NCBI GenBank assembly: GCA_963734495.1
Contig: CAVTHK010000009.1
Coordinates: 128,001 to 192,000, forward strand
DNA from: an uncultured Spirochaetota bacterium
GTDB taxonomy: Bacteria > Spirochaetota > Spirochaetia > SZUA-6 > CAVTHK01
DNA length: 64,000 bases
Direction of reading: 5' to 3'
The notes beneath the pieces were generated by a model. It worked only from the letters and a program-made list of their open reading frames with translations. It made no database searches and was not told the origin of the DNA. Positions 1 to 9,552 of this stretch are shown here, in pieces; the first letter of the stretch is position 1; each line of letters opens with the position of its first letter. Both the position numbers and the translations under genes were made by a program.

Positions 1-1790
1 GGCCGCCCCTGAGCATCGACCGCCGAGCGGTCCATCGTGACGAGGAGATCGAGGGGAAGGCCGCCCGCCTGCCGCACGACGTCGAAAAAGTGACCCGAGA
101 CGAGCTGGTTCGCGTCGAGGTCCAGGTAGTCGGCCCGGCGCTGCGCGTAGCGCGTGCCCTGGGCCCCATGCTCCGGCCTGCGGTCGGGCGCGTTCAGCGC
201 CACGAGGCGGGTGTACTCGTCGTCGGCGCGCTCCACCGCCCGCGTTCCCAGGCCGAAGACGAGCCGGAGGACGCCCGCCTTGGGGTCGATGTCCCTGCTC
301 CACACGTAGGGGTTGAACGAGTAGCCCACGCCGGCCACCGGCGGGAAGAAGAACCTGCCGTACACGTCGCCGGAGACCCGCATCACCAGCAGCGCCATCT
401 GCTCGTCCTGGTCGAGCAGGCCGCGCTGCGCGCGGTAGGAGAGCGCCCTCTCGCTCATGGTGCTCGCGTAGATCGCGCGGACCGCCGCGAGAAAGTCCTG
501 GACCCGCCGCTCCCGCGGCCCCTGGTTCGCGCAGAAGACGCTGTCGTACTTGCCGGCGAAGGCGTTGCCGAAGTTGTCCTCGAGCAGCGAGCTGGAGCGC
601 ACGATGAAGGGCGACTGCCCGAAGTAGTCGATCATCTCCTCGAACTGCCGGACGGCCTGGTCTTCGAAGGCGCCGGTGAGGATGCGCCGCCTCGCGCGCT
701 CCGCCCCTTCGAGGAAGCGCTCGGGGTCGCGCTGCTGCTGGCGCGTCCACCAGATGCCGTTGGTCACGAGGAACGTGTAGAACACGTCGCTGCCGACGTA
801 GAACGAGTCGTGCTCCTCGAGGACGGCCGCGACGCGCGGGCTTCGCTTGCGGAGGATCGCGCGGGCGAGGAGCATGCCGACCGCCTTGCCCCCGATGAGG
901 CCGGTCCCGATCATCCGCGCGCGCACGTCGATGATGTCCTGCAGGGTGAGGTAGCGCGAAGCGAGCTCGAGCATGGGCTCGTGGCGGGAGAAGACCATCC
1001 GGGCGAGGCGCTGGAACCAGGCCCGCTCGTCGCCCGGCGGGCGCTCGCCCCTCCGGATCGCCTCGAGCACCTCCTGCGCCTCCACGAAGCTCTTTTCCCA
1101 GAAGCCGAGCACGCGATCGGAGCCCAGGCCCGCGTGCTGCGACGTCATGATCTCGGCGATGCGGGAGCTCGCGGTCACCGGCCGGAACTGCCCGTCCTCG
1201 TCCCACACGTGGAGCATGTACATGCTGGGCGAGAAGCGGTGCTGCACCTTGAGCGGCCGCACGTAGAGCCTCCCGCCGTGCCGGTAGGCGTCCAGCACGA
1301 GCTGCGCGGTGTCGGTTACGGCGCGCACCGCGCCGGCCGCGTGGTAGTTGCGCTGCAGCGCGAAGTACGTGACCGTCTCCAGGTCGAAGAGGTAGGGGCA
1401 GGTGAGCATGAAGAAGTTGCCCAGCATCTGGTCCGAATGCCAGGCCAGCGCGAGCTCGGAGAGGCAGTCGAAGAGGTGGTAGGCGCCACGGCCCGCGCGC
1501 TCGATGACGGAGTGGATCCTCGCGATGAAGGTCTCGAAGCCTTCGCCGGGCGAGATCTCGTGCACCTCGAGGCCCGGCCCGGGGGCGACCAGGGGCGGAT
1601 GGCTCGCGAAGCGGAAGTACGCCACGGTGCGCCCCGCTTCGACGGCCCGCTCGCAGAAAGGCCGCGCGAGCTCCCGATAGTCCTCGATCGCGTCGACCTG
1701 CCAGACGATGTTGTCGCCGGCGAGCACGCCCTTGAGCACGCTGTCCAGGCCGGCGATCCCCGTGCTGTGCGCTCTCGCTCCCGCCGCCAT
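1..1790 (-). CDS. PEP/pyruvate-binding (PPDK_N, PEP-synthase-like ATP-grasp) domain protein with KaiC/RecA-like N-terminal segment; 3' end runs off the window
   Basis: Not in the ORF track. Translated by hand from ATG at 1790, which has an upstream GGAGGT RBS: MAAGARAHSTGIAGLDSVLKGVLAGDNIVWQVD...LIGGKAVGMLLARAIL...IVRSSSLLEDNFGNAFAGKY...LVFGLGTRAV. The + strand ORF 90-1961 is its antisense shadow. Confidence 0.85.
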   Translation of the reverse strand, partial: MAAGARAHSTGIAGLDSVLKGVLAGDNIVWQVDAIEDYRELARPFCERAVEAGRTVAYFRFASHPPLVAPGPGLEVHEISPGEGFETFIARIHSVIERAGRGAYHLFDCLSELALAWHSDQMLGNFFMLTCPYLFDLETVTYFALQRNYHAAGAVRAVTDTAQLVLDAYRHGGRLYVRPLKVQHRFSPSMYMLHVWDEDGQFRPVTASSRIAEIMTSQHAGLGSDRVLGFWEKSFVEAQEVLEAIRRGERPPGDERAWFQRLARMVFSRHEPMLELASRYLTLQDIIDVRARMIGTGLIGGKAVGMLLARAILRKRSPRVAAVLEEHDSFYVGSDVFYTFLVTNGIWWTRQQQRDPERFLEGAERARRRILTGAFEDQAVRQFEEMIDYFGQSPFIVRSSSLLEDNFGNAFAGKYDSVFCANQGPRERRVQDFLAAVRAIYASTMSERALSYRAQRGLLDQDEQMALLVMRVSGDVYGRFFFPPVAGVGYSFNPYVWSRDIDPKAGVLRLVFGLGTRAVERADDEYTRLVALNAPDRRPEHGAQGTRYAQRRADYLDLDANQLVSGHFFDVVRQAGGLPLDLLVTMDRSAVDAQGR

Positions 1791-1961
1791 CCGCGCACCT
1801 CCCGTCGCTCCTCTAGACTACCCACCGGCGGCGTGTTTGGCGAGGGCCATGGATGGCCCGGGCCCGGCGCAGACAGGGATGTCGTCAGCGCCGGGCGAGT
1901 GCCGGGCGAGGGCCGGCAGGGGGCTTTGGCAAGAAGGTCCGTCCGTGTAGAATCCCCGCTC

Positions 1962-3392
1962 ATGGAGACGGGCGTGGGAACGGCAAAGGCGGAGGCCGGG
2001 CAGAAGGCGGCCGAGCGGGTGGCGCTCCTCGTGGCGCTTCCGTCCTCCTTTCTGACACCGTTCATGGGCTCCTCGGCGAACATCGTCCTGCCTTCGATCG
2101 GCGCCGAATTCGGCCTCCCGGCCGTGGCGCTGAGCTGGGTCTCGACCGCCTACCTGCTCGCCGCGGCGGCCTTTCTGCTGCCGTTTGGCCGCATCGCCGA
2201 TATCGTGGGCCGCAAACGCGTGCTGGCCTCGGGGCTCGTCGTCTACAGCCTCGCTTCGCTGCTCTGCGCCCTGGCTCCCAGCGGCACGCTCCTCATCGCG
2301 GCGCGGGTCCTCCAGGGCATCGGCGCCGCCATGACGTTCGCCACGAACGTCGCCATCCTGACCTCGGTGTTCGCGCCGGAGCGGCGGGGCGCCGCGCTCG
2401 GCACGTCGGTCGCCGCCACGTACCTGGGGATGTCGCTCGGGCCGGTGCTCGGCGGGCTGATCACGGAGGCCCTCAGCTGGCGCGCGGTCTTCGCGCTGAG
2501 CATCCCCATCTCATTGACGGGACTGCTCATGCTCACGTGGAAGCTCCACGGGGAGTGGGCCGACGCGCGCGGGGAATCCTTCGACCTGGTCGGCTCGCTC
2601 CTCTTTATGGCCTCGCTCGGCGTCATGATGTACGGCGTCTCCGGCCTCCCGAGCGCGGCGGGGATCGCGATGATCGGCGCCGGGGTTCTCGGGATCGTGG
2701 GCTTCGTCCTCTGGGAGCTGCGCGCGCCGTACCCGGCCCTCAACATGACGCTCTTTCTCCACAACCGGACGTTCGCCTTCTCCAACCTGGCCGCCCTCAT
2801 CAACTACTCGGCGACCGCCACCGTCGGGTTCTTCCTCAGCCTCTACCTGCAGTCGATGCGCGGCCTCACGCCGGAGGCGGCCGGCTTCGTGCTCGTGGCC
2901 CAGCCCGTCTTCCAGGCGATCTTCTCCCCGTTCATGGGCCGTCTCTCGGACCGGGTCGAGCCGCGCGTCCTCGCGTCGGTCGGGATGGGCCTCACCGTGA
3001 TCGGCCTCGGCCTCCTCGGCTTCGTCGGGCGCGAGACGTCGCTTCCGTACATCGTCGCGAGCCTGTCCTTTCTCGGCCTCGGGTTCGCCATGTTCTCGTC
3101 GCCCAACACCAACGCCGTGATGGGCTCCGTGGAAAAACGACAATACGGGATCGCCTCGGCCACGCTGGGCACGATGCGCCTCGTGGGCAACATGCTCAGC
3201 ATGGGCGTGGCCGTGATGCTGCTCGCCCTGCTCATGGGCAACGTTCAGATCCTGCCCGAGCACTTCGACGCGTTCCTCATGTGCATGCGGACCGCCTTCC
3301 CGCTGTTCGCGGTCCTGTGCCTGGCGGGGGTATTCGCTTCGTTCGCGCGCGGGAGGCGGCAGCCGGCCGCACGCGCGCAGCCGTCGGCGTGA
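1962..3392 (+). CDS. MFS transporter, 14-TMS DHA2/EmrB-QacA type
   Basis: C-terminal part of ORF 90..3392 from ATG 1962 (METGVG...). Motif A GRIADIVGRKR, ARVLQGIG, GRLSDRVEPR, many TM helices. Confidence 0.9.
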   Translation: METGVGTAKAEAGQKAAERVALLVALPSSFLTPFMGSSANIVLPSIGAEFGLPAVALSWVSTAYLLAAAAFLLPFGRIADIVGRKRVLASGLVVYSLASLLCALAPSGTLLIAARVLQGIGAAMTFATNVAILTSVFAPERRGAALGTSVAATYLGMSLGPVLGGLITEALSWRAVFALSIPISLTGLLMLTWKLHGEWADARGESFDLVGSLLFMASLGVMMYGVSGLPSAAGIAMIGAGVLGIVGFVLWELRAPYPALNMTLFLHNRTFAFSNLAALINYSATATVGFFLSLYLQSMRGLTPEAAGFVLVAQPVFQAIFSPFMGRLSDRVEPRVLASVGMGLTVIGLGLLGFVGRETSLPYIVASLSFLGLGFAMFSSPNTNAVMGSVEKRQYGIASATLGTMRLVGNMLSMGVAVMLLALLMGNVQILPEHFDAFLMCMRTAFPLFAVLCLAGVFASFARGRRQPAARAQPSA

Positions 3393-3410
3393 CGGCGGAA
3401 AGGAAAGGCA

Positions 3411-5198
3411 ATGGCAGACAGCGTGCACGTCTGGGAGAAGGTGGAGATACGCCTCGAGGCGCGCGGGAAGCACGCGAACCCTTACACCGACGTCAAGGTG
3501 TGGGTCGACCTCACGGGCCCCGGGTTCCGCCGCAGGTGCTACGGCTTCTGGGACGGCGGGAGCGAGTTCGCGGTGCGCGTCGCGGCGACGGCCGCGGGCG
3601 AGTGGAAATGGACCAGCGGCTCCGAGCCCTCCGACGCGGGCCTCGCGGGTCGGAGCGGCCGCTTCGAGGCCGTTGAGTGGACCGAGGCCGAGAAGCGCGA
3701 GAACCCCTGCCGCCGCGGCTTTCTCCGCGCCACGGCCAACGGCCGCGCGTTCGAGCACGCCGACGGCACCGCCTGTTTTCTCGTAGGCGATACGTGGTGG
3801 GCCACTCCGACCTTCCGCTTCCCGTGGCGCAAGGGCGACACGGAGGAGACGCCGCGCACGTTCCCGCACTACGTCGCCCTGCGCCGGAAACAGGGCTTCA
3901 ACTGCGTCGCGATTCTCGCGGCGCTGCCCAACTGGGTCGACGACGGCAAGCCGGCGTTCCTCCAGACCGAGGACGGCACGGTCCTGCGAGCGGCCTGGAG
4001 GCAGACCGACACGGGCAGGGCCAAGGCCATGCCCGACGAGGACGGCAACACGCCCTTCCTGTTCCCGGGAAAGATCAAGGGGCACGAGCAGAGCTTCCCG
4101 GACCTCGACCGCATCAACCCCGCGTACTTCCGCAACATGGACCGCAAGATCGACTACCTCAACGCGCACGGCTTTATGCCGTTCGTCGAGGTCTCGCGGC
4201 GCGACATCGGCCAGGGTTGGAAGCGGGCCCACGGCTGGCCGGATTCCTACGTGCGCTACATCCAGTACGTGTGGGCGCGGCTGCAGGCGAACAACTGCCT
4301 CTTGAGCCCGGTGCACTACGACTCCGGCGCGCAGTCGATCACGGCGCCCGAGTGGAACCTCGCGGCCAACTGCGTGATCGACCTCTACGGGGCGCCGCCC
4401 TTCGGCAGCCCGGTCGGATGCAACGCCCACTGGACGTCCCTGCTGGACTTCGGCCACACGCACGAGGCGCGCTGGCTCACCTTCCACCAGAGCGGCAACG
4501 GCCAGAGGCATCACTACACCTACGCCCAGATCACCGACCTCTTCAACACCAACCCGCCCGTGCCGGTGCTCAACGGCGAGCCGCAGTACGAGGGCATGGA
4601 GACGCTCTCGCACCAGCCCGACCCCAACTGGTACTGGGGCGAGGTGCGCGTGCCTCCCTCGCCGAGCGAGGAGAACGCGCGCACGATCCGATCCGCCGCG
4701 TGGGGCAGCGTCCTCAGCGGCGGGCTGGCCGGCCACATCTACGGCTCCGGCGGGTGGGACGGAGGCGTCTGGCGCGGCGACGTCGAGGAGGCGTCGCGCG
4801 TCCGCATCTGGGAGGGGATGCTCTGGCCCGCCGCCGGACAGATGCAGCACCTGCGCACGTTCCTGCTCTCAGAGGGAGCCCGCTACCGCGACCTCGTGCC
4901 GAGCGTCCAGCTCCTCGATCCGAACAGGAGCGGACCCGTGGCGAGCTACGAAGGCTGGTCCTACTGCCTCGCGTCGCCGGAGCGCGACCTGCTGCTCGTC
5001 TACCACGAGAAGGGAACGCCCGCGACCGTGCTCCACGGGCTCGCCCCGCGCGCGAGCTACACCGCGGCCTGGTTCGACCCGCGCACCGGCGAGTGGGACG
5101 GCAAGGTCGTTCTGGCGGCGGACTCGAAGGGGAAGGTGGAGCTGCCGCGGAAACCCGACGACGGCGACTGGGCGCTCAAGGTGATGCGGGCGCGCTGA
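3411..5198 (+). CDS. DUF5060/DUF4038 (apiosidase/GH140-like) glycoside hydrolase with C-terminal collagen-binding-like domain
   Basis: N-terminal NPYTDV..GFWDGG; DGTACFLVGDTWW; RRKQGFN; NPAYFRNMDRKI; PVLNGEPQYE; C-terminal WFDPRTG...DWAL. AAGGAAAGG RBS. Confidence 0.8.
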   Translation: MADSVHVWEKVEIRLEARGKHANPYTDVKVWVDLTGPGFRRRCYGFWDGGSEFAVRVAATAAGEWKWTSGSEPSDAGLAGRSGRFEAVEWTEAEKRENPCRRGFLRATANGRAFEHADGTACFLVGDTWWATPTFRFPWRKGDTEETPRTFPHYVALRRKQGFNCVAILAALPNWVDDGKPAFLQTEDGTVLRAAWRQTDTGRAKAMPDEDGNTPFLFPGKIKGHEQSFPDLDRINPAYFRNMDRKIDYLNAHGFMPFVEVSRRDIGQGWKRAHGWPDSYVRYIQYVWARLQANNCLLSPVHYDSGAQSITAPEWNLAANCVIDLYGAPPFGSPVGCNAHWTSLLDFGHTHEARWLTFHQSGNGQRHHYTYAQITDLFNTNPPVPVLNGEPQYEGMETLSHQPDPNWYWGEVRVPPSPSEENARTIRSAAWGSVLSGGLAGHIYGSGGWDGGVWRGDVEEASRVRIWEGMLWPAAGQMQHLRTFLLSEGARYRDLVPSVQLLDPNRSGPVASYEGWSYCLASPERDLLLVYHEKGTPATVLHGLAPRASYTAAWFDPRTGEWDGKVVLAADSKGKVELPRKPDDGDWALKVMRAR

Positions 5199-5228
5199 GG
5201 CGAGGGAGCCGCGGCCGCGCGCAGCGGA

Positions 5229-5250
5229 AGGGCCGCCCGGCGGCGGCCTT
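5229..5250. terminator. GC-rich hairpin between convergent genes, possible bidirectional terminator
   Basis: GGCCGCC-CGGC-GGCGGCC stem between the stops at 5198 and 5257; no clear U-tract. Confidence 0.4.
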
Positions 5251-5256
5251 CTTCCA

Positions 5257-6132
5257 TTATCCCTTGAGCCCGCTGGTGGCGATCCCCTCGACGATGTAGC
5301 GCTGGAACGCGACGAAGACCAGCAGCATCGGGATCAGCGAGAGGAAGCTCATCGCGTAGATCGCGCCCCAGTCGCTCTGAGCCGAGGGATCCGCGAACGT
5401 GCGCAGAGCCACGGAGATCACGTAGAGCTTCGGGCTGTTCAGGTAGATCAGCGGGTGCAGGAAGTCGCCCCAGGTCCAGTAAAAGGAGAAGATGGCGGCC
5501 GTGATCATCGCGGGGGCGACGAGCGGCGTCATGATGCGCGTGAACACGCCGAAACGCCCGTAGCCGTCGATGGCCGCGGCCTCGTCGAGCTCGACCGGGA
5601 CGCTTCTGATGAACTGCATGATCATGAAAATGAAGAAGGCCTGCCCGCAGAGCCTGGGCAGCAGCAGCGGGACGAATGTGTTGATGAGCTTGAGCCTGCT
5701 GAAGAGCAGGTACTGCGGGATGACCTGGATCTCGGCCGGCAGCATCAGCGTGAGCAGCATGCACGTGAACCAGAAGGTGCGGCCCGGGAACCTGATCCGC
5801 GCGAAGCCGAAGGCGATGAGCGAGGAGGACGCGACGGCGAACACGGTGCCCAGGCCCGAGAAGATGATCGAGTTCTTGTAGAACACCGCGAACGAGATCC
5901 CGCCGAAACCCCTCCAACCGTTGATGTAGTTCTCGAGGGTCGGCTTGTTCGGCCAGAGCGCCGACAGGTTGGCCCACACTTCGTCGGCGGGCTTGAGGGA
6001 GCTGCCCGCCAGCCAGAGCAGCGGATAGACCATCGCGATCCCGGCGACAGCCACCAGCAGGTGGAACGCCAGCGTCTGCCCGGACTTGCGGAGCCTCTGC
6101 CGGGCCGGGATGTCGAAGGGCGTGGCACTCAT
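5257..6132 (-). CDS. Carbohydrate ABC transporter permease (MalG-like)
   Basis: ATG 6132 (MSATPFDIP...). EAA loop ELDEAAAIDG; C-terminal FQRYIVEGIATSGLKG. Confidence 0.93.
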   Translation of the reverse strand: MSATPFDIPARQRLRKSGQTLAFHLLVAVAGIAMVYPLLWLAGSSLKPADEVWANLSALWPNKPTLENYINGWRGFGGISFAVFYKNSIIFSGLGTVFAVASSSLIAFGFARIRFPGRTFWFTCMLLTLMLPAEIQVIPQYLLFSRLKLINTFVPLLLPRLCGQAFFIFMIMQFIRSVPVELDEAAAIDGYGRFGVFTRIMTPLVAPAMITAAIFSFYWTWGDFLHPLIYLNSPKLYVISVALRTFADPSAQSDWGAIYAMSFLSLIPMLLVFVAFQRYIVEGIATSGLKG

Positions 6133-6133
6133 C

Positions 6134-7096
6134 CTACCGGCCCTCCTTGCTCTCGTAGTGGACCCAGTACGGGGAACTCCTGAACACGGCGGCGGTGGCA
6201 AGAGCGATGAATACGAGCAGCACCCACGCCATCCCCGATCCGTAACCCATCTCCAGCGTCCTGAATGCCCTCTGATAGAGGTAGAGGGCGTAGAGGTTCG
6301 TCGTGTCGAGGGGCGCCCCCGTGCCGTTGGTCAGGATGAAGGCCGGTGTGAACGCGGTGAATCCCGCGATGATCTGCAGGATCAGATTAAAGAAGATGAT
6401 CGGCGAGAGCATCGGGAGCGTGATCGAGAAGAAACGGCGCGCCCTCCGCGCCCCGTCGATCGAGGCGCTCTCGTAGAGCTCGGGCGGGATCTGCTTGAGC
6501 CCCGCGAGGAAGATGAGCATCGGCGAGCCGAACTGCCAGACGGCCAGGAGGATGAGCGTCCAGATCGCCGTTCGCGGATCGCCGAGCCACTCGAGGCTGG
6601 TCCTGATGCCGACCATGGTGAGGATCGCGTTGACGAGGCCCCTGCCGCCGAAGATCTCCCTCCACATCACCGCCACGGCCACGCTGCCGCCCACGATCGA
6701 AGGCGCGTAGAAGACCGCGCGGTAGAACTCGATGAAGCGGCGCGAGGACTTGAGCACCATCGCCACGGCCAGCGCGAACGCCAGCCTGAGCGGGACGGAA
6801 ACAAAGGCGAAGTAGAAGGTCGCCTCGACGCTCTTCCAGTACCTGGCGTCATCGAAGAACATGGTGCGGAAATTCGCGAAGCCGGCCCACCTCGGAGCGG
6901 ACAGCAGGTCATAGCGCGTGAAAGAGAGCAGAAGAGTCGCCGCCATCGGGATCAGGGTGATGCCAAGAAAACCGATCAGCCACGGGGCGATGAACAGGTA
7001 CCCGTCGATCGCGTCGCGCTTCCAGCGCCGGCCGCGGATGTGCGCCCTGGTCGCCGCGGCGACGCCGCGGGCGGTGACACGCGTGCTTTCGCTCAT
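6134..7096 (-). CDS. Carbohydrate ABC transporter permease (MalF-like)
   Basis: YLFIAPWLIGF; EAA loop ELYESASIDGA; MGYGSGMAWVL. Confidence 0.93.
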   Translation of the reverse strand: MSESTRVTARGVAAATRAHIRGRRWKRDAIDGYLFIAPWLIGFLGITLIPMAATLLLSFTRYDLLSAPRWAGFANFRTMFFDDARYWKSVEATFYFAFVSVPLRLAFALAVAMVLKSSRRFIEFYRAVFYAPSIVGGSVAVAVMWREIFGGRGLVNAILTMVGIRTSLEWLGDPRTAIWTLILLAVWQFGSPMLIFLAGLKQIPPELYESASIDGARRARRFFSITLPMLSPIIFFNLILQIIAGFTAFTPAFILTNGTGAPLDTTNLYALYLYQRAFRTLEMGYGSGMAWVLLVFIALATAAVFRSSPYWVHYESKEGR

Positions 7097-7115
7097 GCCC
7101 GGCCCTCCGGATAGA

Positions 7116-7141
7116 GGCGGCTCCCGCTGCCGGGAGCCGCC
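7116..7141 (-). terminator. Intra-operon stem-loop after the solute-binding protein gene
   Basis: Perfect 11-bp stem GGCGGCTCCCG-CTGC-CGGGAGCCGCC between the SBP stop and the permease RBS, a typical position for an mRNA-stabilising or attenuating hairpin. Confidence 0.6.
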
Positions 7142-7158
7142 GGTTTGCGTCTACTCGT

Positions 7159-8469
7159 CTACTTCTGCAGGATCGCGGGGCCTTTCTCGCGCAGCAGGGC
7201 GACCGCCTGCTCGGGCGTGATCTTCTCGAACATGAAGCCCGCGACCACCTGCGGCAGGTAGAGGTTGCTGACGAGGTCCGGATGGCCCTTCGGGTCCGGC
7301 GGCGGGATCGGGCTCGCGTCCTTCTCGACCTTCGCCACGTAGTCGAAGCTCTCCTTGGCGGCCCTGTCGAGCAGCGGCTTCAGCGCCTCCTGCACCTTGG
7401 CCGAGATCGGGATCCCGCGCTCGGCCAGCAGGACCTTGTTGGCTTCGATGTCGTTGGTGAAGAAGCTGATGAACCTCGCCGCCTCCTCCTTGGCCTTTGC
7501 CTGGGTGGTCACGGAAAAGAACTGCGACGGCTTGACGAAGTTGCCGGGCTTGCCGCCGGGCAGGCGCGGGAGGTGGATCCCCTGGAAGTTGCGGCTCGCG
7601 CCCGCAGCCTTCCATACGGCGACGATCTGGTTGCTCCAGAAGTAGCCGATCGACGACTTGCCCGCGACGATCGGCTGCGCCTCGACGCTCTTGTTGACGT
7701 AGTTGGCGAGATCGACGTCATAGCCCGGGTGGGCCTTGGCGTGCACGAGCCGGAGGATCATCTTGAAGTGGTTCACGAGGATGCTGTCGTCGGTGTACCC
7801 GAGGTTCTTCCCGTCCGCCGTGTACCGCCACTGGCCGTTGCTCATGTAGAGCGACCCCCAGATCTGCTCGTCCCAGAGGCTGGCGCCGCCGCCCATCCCC
7901 CATTTGCCGAGCTTCGCCGAGAGACCCAGGGCGGTCTGCTCGAACTCCGGCCACGTCCACTGCTCGCGCGGCACCGCCATCCCCGCCTTCTGGAAGTCAT
8001 CGAGGTCCAGGAAGAAGGTCTGCGAGTTGCTGCCGAGGTTGACCGCGTACAGCTTGCCGCCGATGCGTCCGCCCGCCAGCGCCGAGTCGGACACATTGGA
8101 GAAGTCCATGATCCCCGACTTGATGTAGTCGTCCAGGGGCTGGAGCAGGTTCTTGTTCTGCCATTCTCCGATGTAGGCGTAGTCCTGCTGCATCACGTCG
8201 GGCAGGCCGCCGCCCGCGGCCATCGTGGTGAGCTTGGTCCAGTAGTCGCCCCAGTTCGCGAACTCGTAGTTGATCGTGACGTTCGGGTGCTGCGCCTGAT
8301 ACATCTGGATCACCTTGATCGTGCGGTCGTGACGGGCCTGTGAGCCCCACCAGGTGGCCCGCATGTCGATCTTCTTGGCCGTGCCGGCGCTCTCCGACGT
8401 TCCCTCGGCGAACGCGAAACCCGCGCCGAGCAATACCAGCGCGGCGAATGCTGCCAGGAGCCTTCTCAT
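7159..8469 (-). CDS. Sugar ABC transporter extracellular solute-binding protein
   Basis: Signal peptide MRRLLAAFAALVLLGAGFAFAEG; WWGSQARHD; YWTKLTTMAAGGGLPDV; GGGAGG RBS. Confidence 0.93.
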   Translation of the reverse strand: MRRLLAAFAALVLLGAGFAFAEGTSESAGTAKKIDMRATWWGSQARHDRTIKVIQMYQAQHPNVTINYEFANWGDYWTKLTTMAAGGGLPDVMQQDYAYIGEWQNKNLLQPLDDYIKSGIMDFSNVSDSALAGGRIGGKLYAVNLGSNSQTFFLDLDDFQKAGMAVPREQWTWPEFEQTALGLSAKLGKWGMGGGASLWDEQIWGSLYMSNGQWRYTADGKNLGYTDDSILVNHFKMILRLVHAKAHPGYDVDLANYVNKSVEAQPIVAGKSSIGYFWSNQIVAVWKAAGASRNFQGIHLPRLPGGKPGNFVKPSQFFSVTTQAKAKEEAARFISFFTNDIEANKVLLAERGIPISAKVQEALKPLLDRAAKESFDYVAKVEKDASPIPPPDPKGHPDLVSNLYLPQVVAGFMFEKITPEQAVALLREKGPAILQK

Positions 8470-8517
8470 GAGCTTCCTCCCTGTCGTTGACTTGCGCTTC
8501 CCACGGGCGCTCCCTTG

Positions 8518-8546
8518 ATACTAATGCCGCTTCGACACGGGTACAA
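8518..8546 (-). promoter_or_regulatory. Sigma70-type promoter of the sugar ABC operon
   Basis: Minus-strand TTGTAC-N17-TAGTAT upstream of the SBP gene. Confidence 0.55.
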
Positions 8547-8551
8547 GATAC

Positions 8552-9490
8552 TCACGCTTGACGCCCGCGCGGCCGCAGCAGCCAGACGGCGAGCAGGATG
8601 AGCACGCCGCCCGCGATCTGCGAGGGCCCCAGCCTCTCGCCCAGCAGCAGGTACGCGAGAGCCGCGGCGATGACGGGCTCGAGCGTGGCCACCAGGCTCG
8701 CGACGCTCACGGGGACGGAGCGCACGCCCGCGGCGTAGGCGACGGACGCGCCGACGGTAGGCCCGGCGGCGAGCAGCAGCAGCCACGCGAGGGTCGCCGG
8801 ATCGCGGACGGCGCCCGCGAGCCGGGCAAGCCCGGCAGGCGCGGCGACGGGCTGCACGGCGAGGAGCACGGCGCCACCCGCGAGCATCCCGTAGCACTGG
8901 AAGGTCCACGGCGACGCGTACCGCACGCCGATCGAATTGAAGACGCTCCACAGGGCGTAGGTGAAGCCGGCGGCCAGGCCCCACAGCACGCCCGCCGGCC
9001 CGACGGGCACGGCGCCCCAGGGCGACACGCCCGCGACCAGGGCCGCGCCGGCGAGGGTGAGGGCCAGGGCGGCGAGATGCACGCGCGAGAGCCGCTCGCC
9101 GAGGAAGCGCCACGCGATGAGCGCGACCCAGGCGGGCGCGGTGTACAGCAGCACCGACGCGACCGCCACCCCGGCCGTGATCACGGCGTAAACGTAGCTG
9201 GCGTAGAAGACGGCGACGCCGACCACGCCGTAGGCGAGGGTGATCGCGAGGGCCTTCGCGCCGATGCGCAGCGCCGGGCGGCGGATCGCGGCCAGTCCCG
9301 CGAGCAGCAGCAGGCCGCCGAGCCCGGCCCGCGCGGCCGCTACCGCGAGGGGCGGGAGGCCGCGGCTGCCCGCGAGGTGGCTGTAAATGATGCCGATGGT
9401 GGCCCAGAGCGAAGCGGCGAGCAGCACAAGGAGGTACCCGCGGGCGGTGGCAGCGGCGCGCTGTGTGCCGGAGGCGGTCTCGGCCTTCAT
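8552..9490 (-). CDS. EamA/DMT family transporter
   Basis: About ten TM helices; LWATIG; ASVLLYTAPAWV; ASLVATLEPV. Confidence 0.9.
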   Translation of the reverse strand: MKAETASGTQRAAATARGYLLVLLAASLWATIGIIYSHLAGSRGLPPLAVAAARAGLGGLLLLAGLAAIRRPALRIGAKALAITLAYGVVGVAVFYASYVYAVITAGVAVASVLLYTAPAWVALIAWRFLGERLSRVHLAALALTLAGAALVAGVSPWGAVPVGPAGVLWGLAAGFTYALWSVFNSIGVRYASPWTFQCYGMLAGGAVLLAVQPVAAPAGLARLAGAVRDPATLAWLLLLAAGPTVGASVAYAAGVRSVPVSVASLVATLEPVIAAALAYLLLGERLGPSQIAGGVLILLAVWLLRPRGRQA

Positions 9491-9552
9491 CGGCGGCGAG
9501 GATGCTCCATCCCGGCCGGGCGGCGCAAGAGCTTCGTGAGTATCCTGGAGGC

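Noticed and set aside
90-1961. N-terminal 624 aa of the 1100-aa + strand ORF, apparently fused to the MFS transporter
   Set aside because: It is the antisense shadow of the minus-strand PPDK_N gene; the MFS has its own ATG and promoter-like motif.
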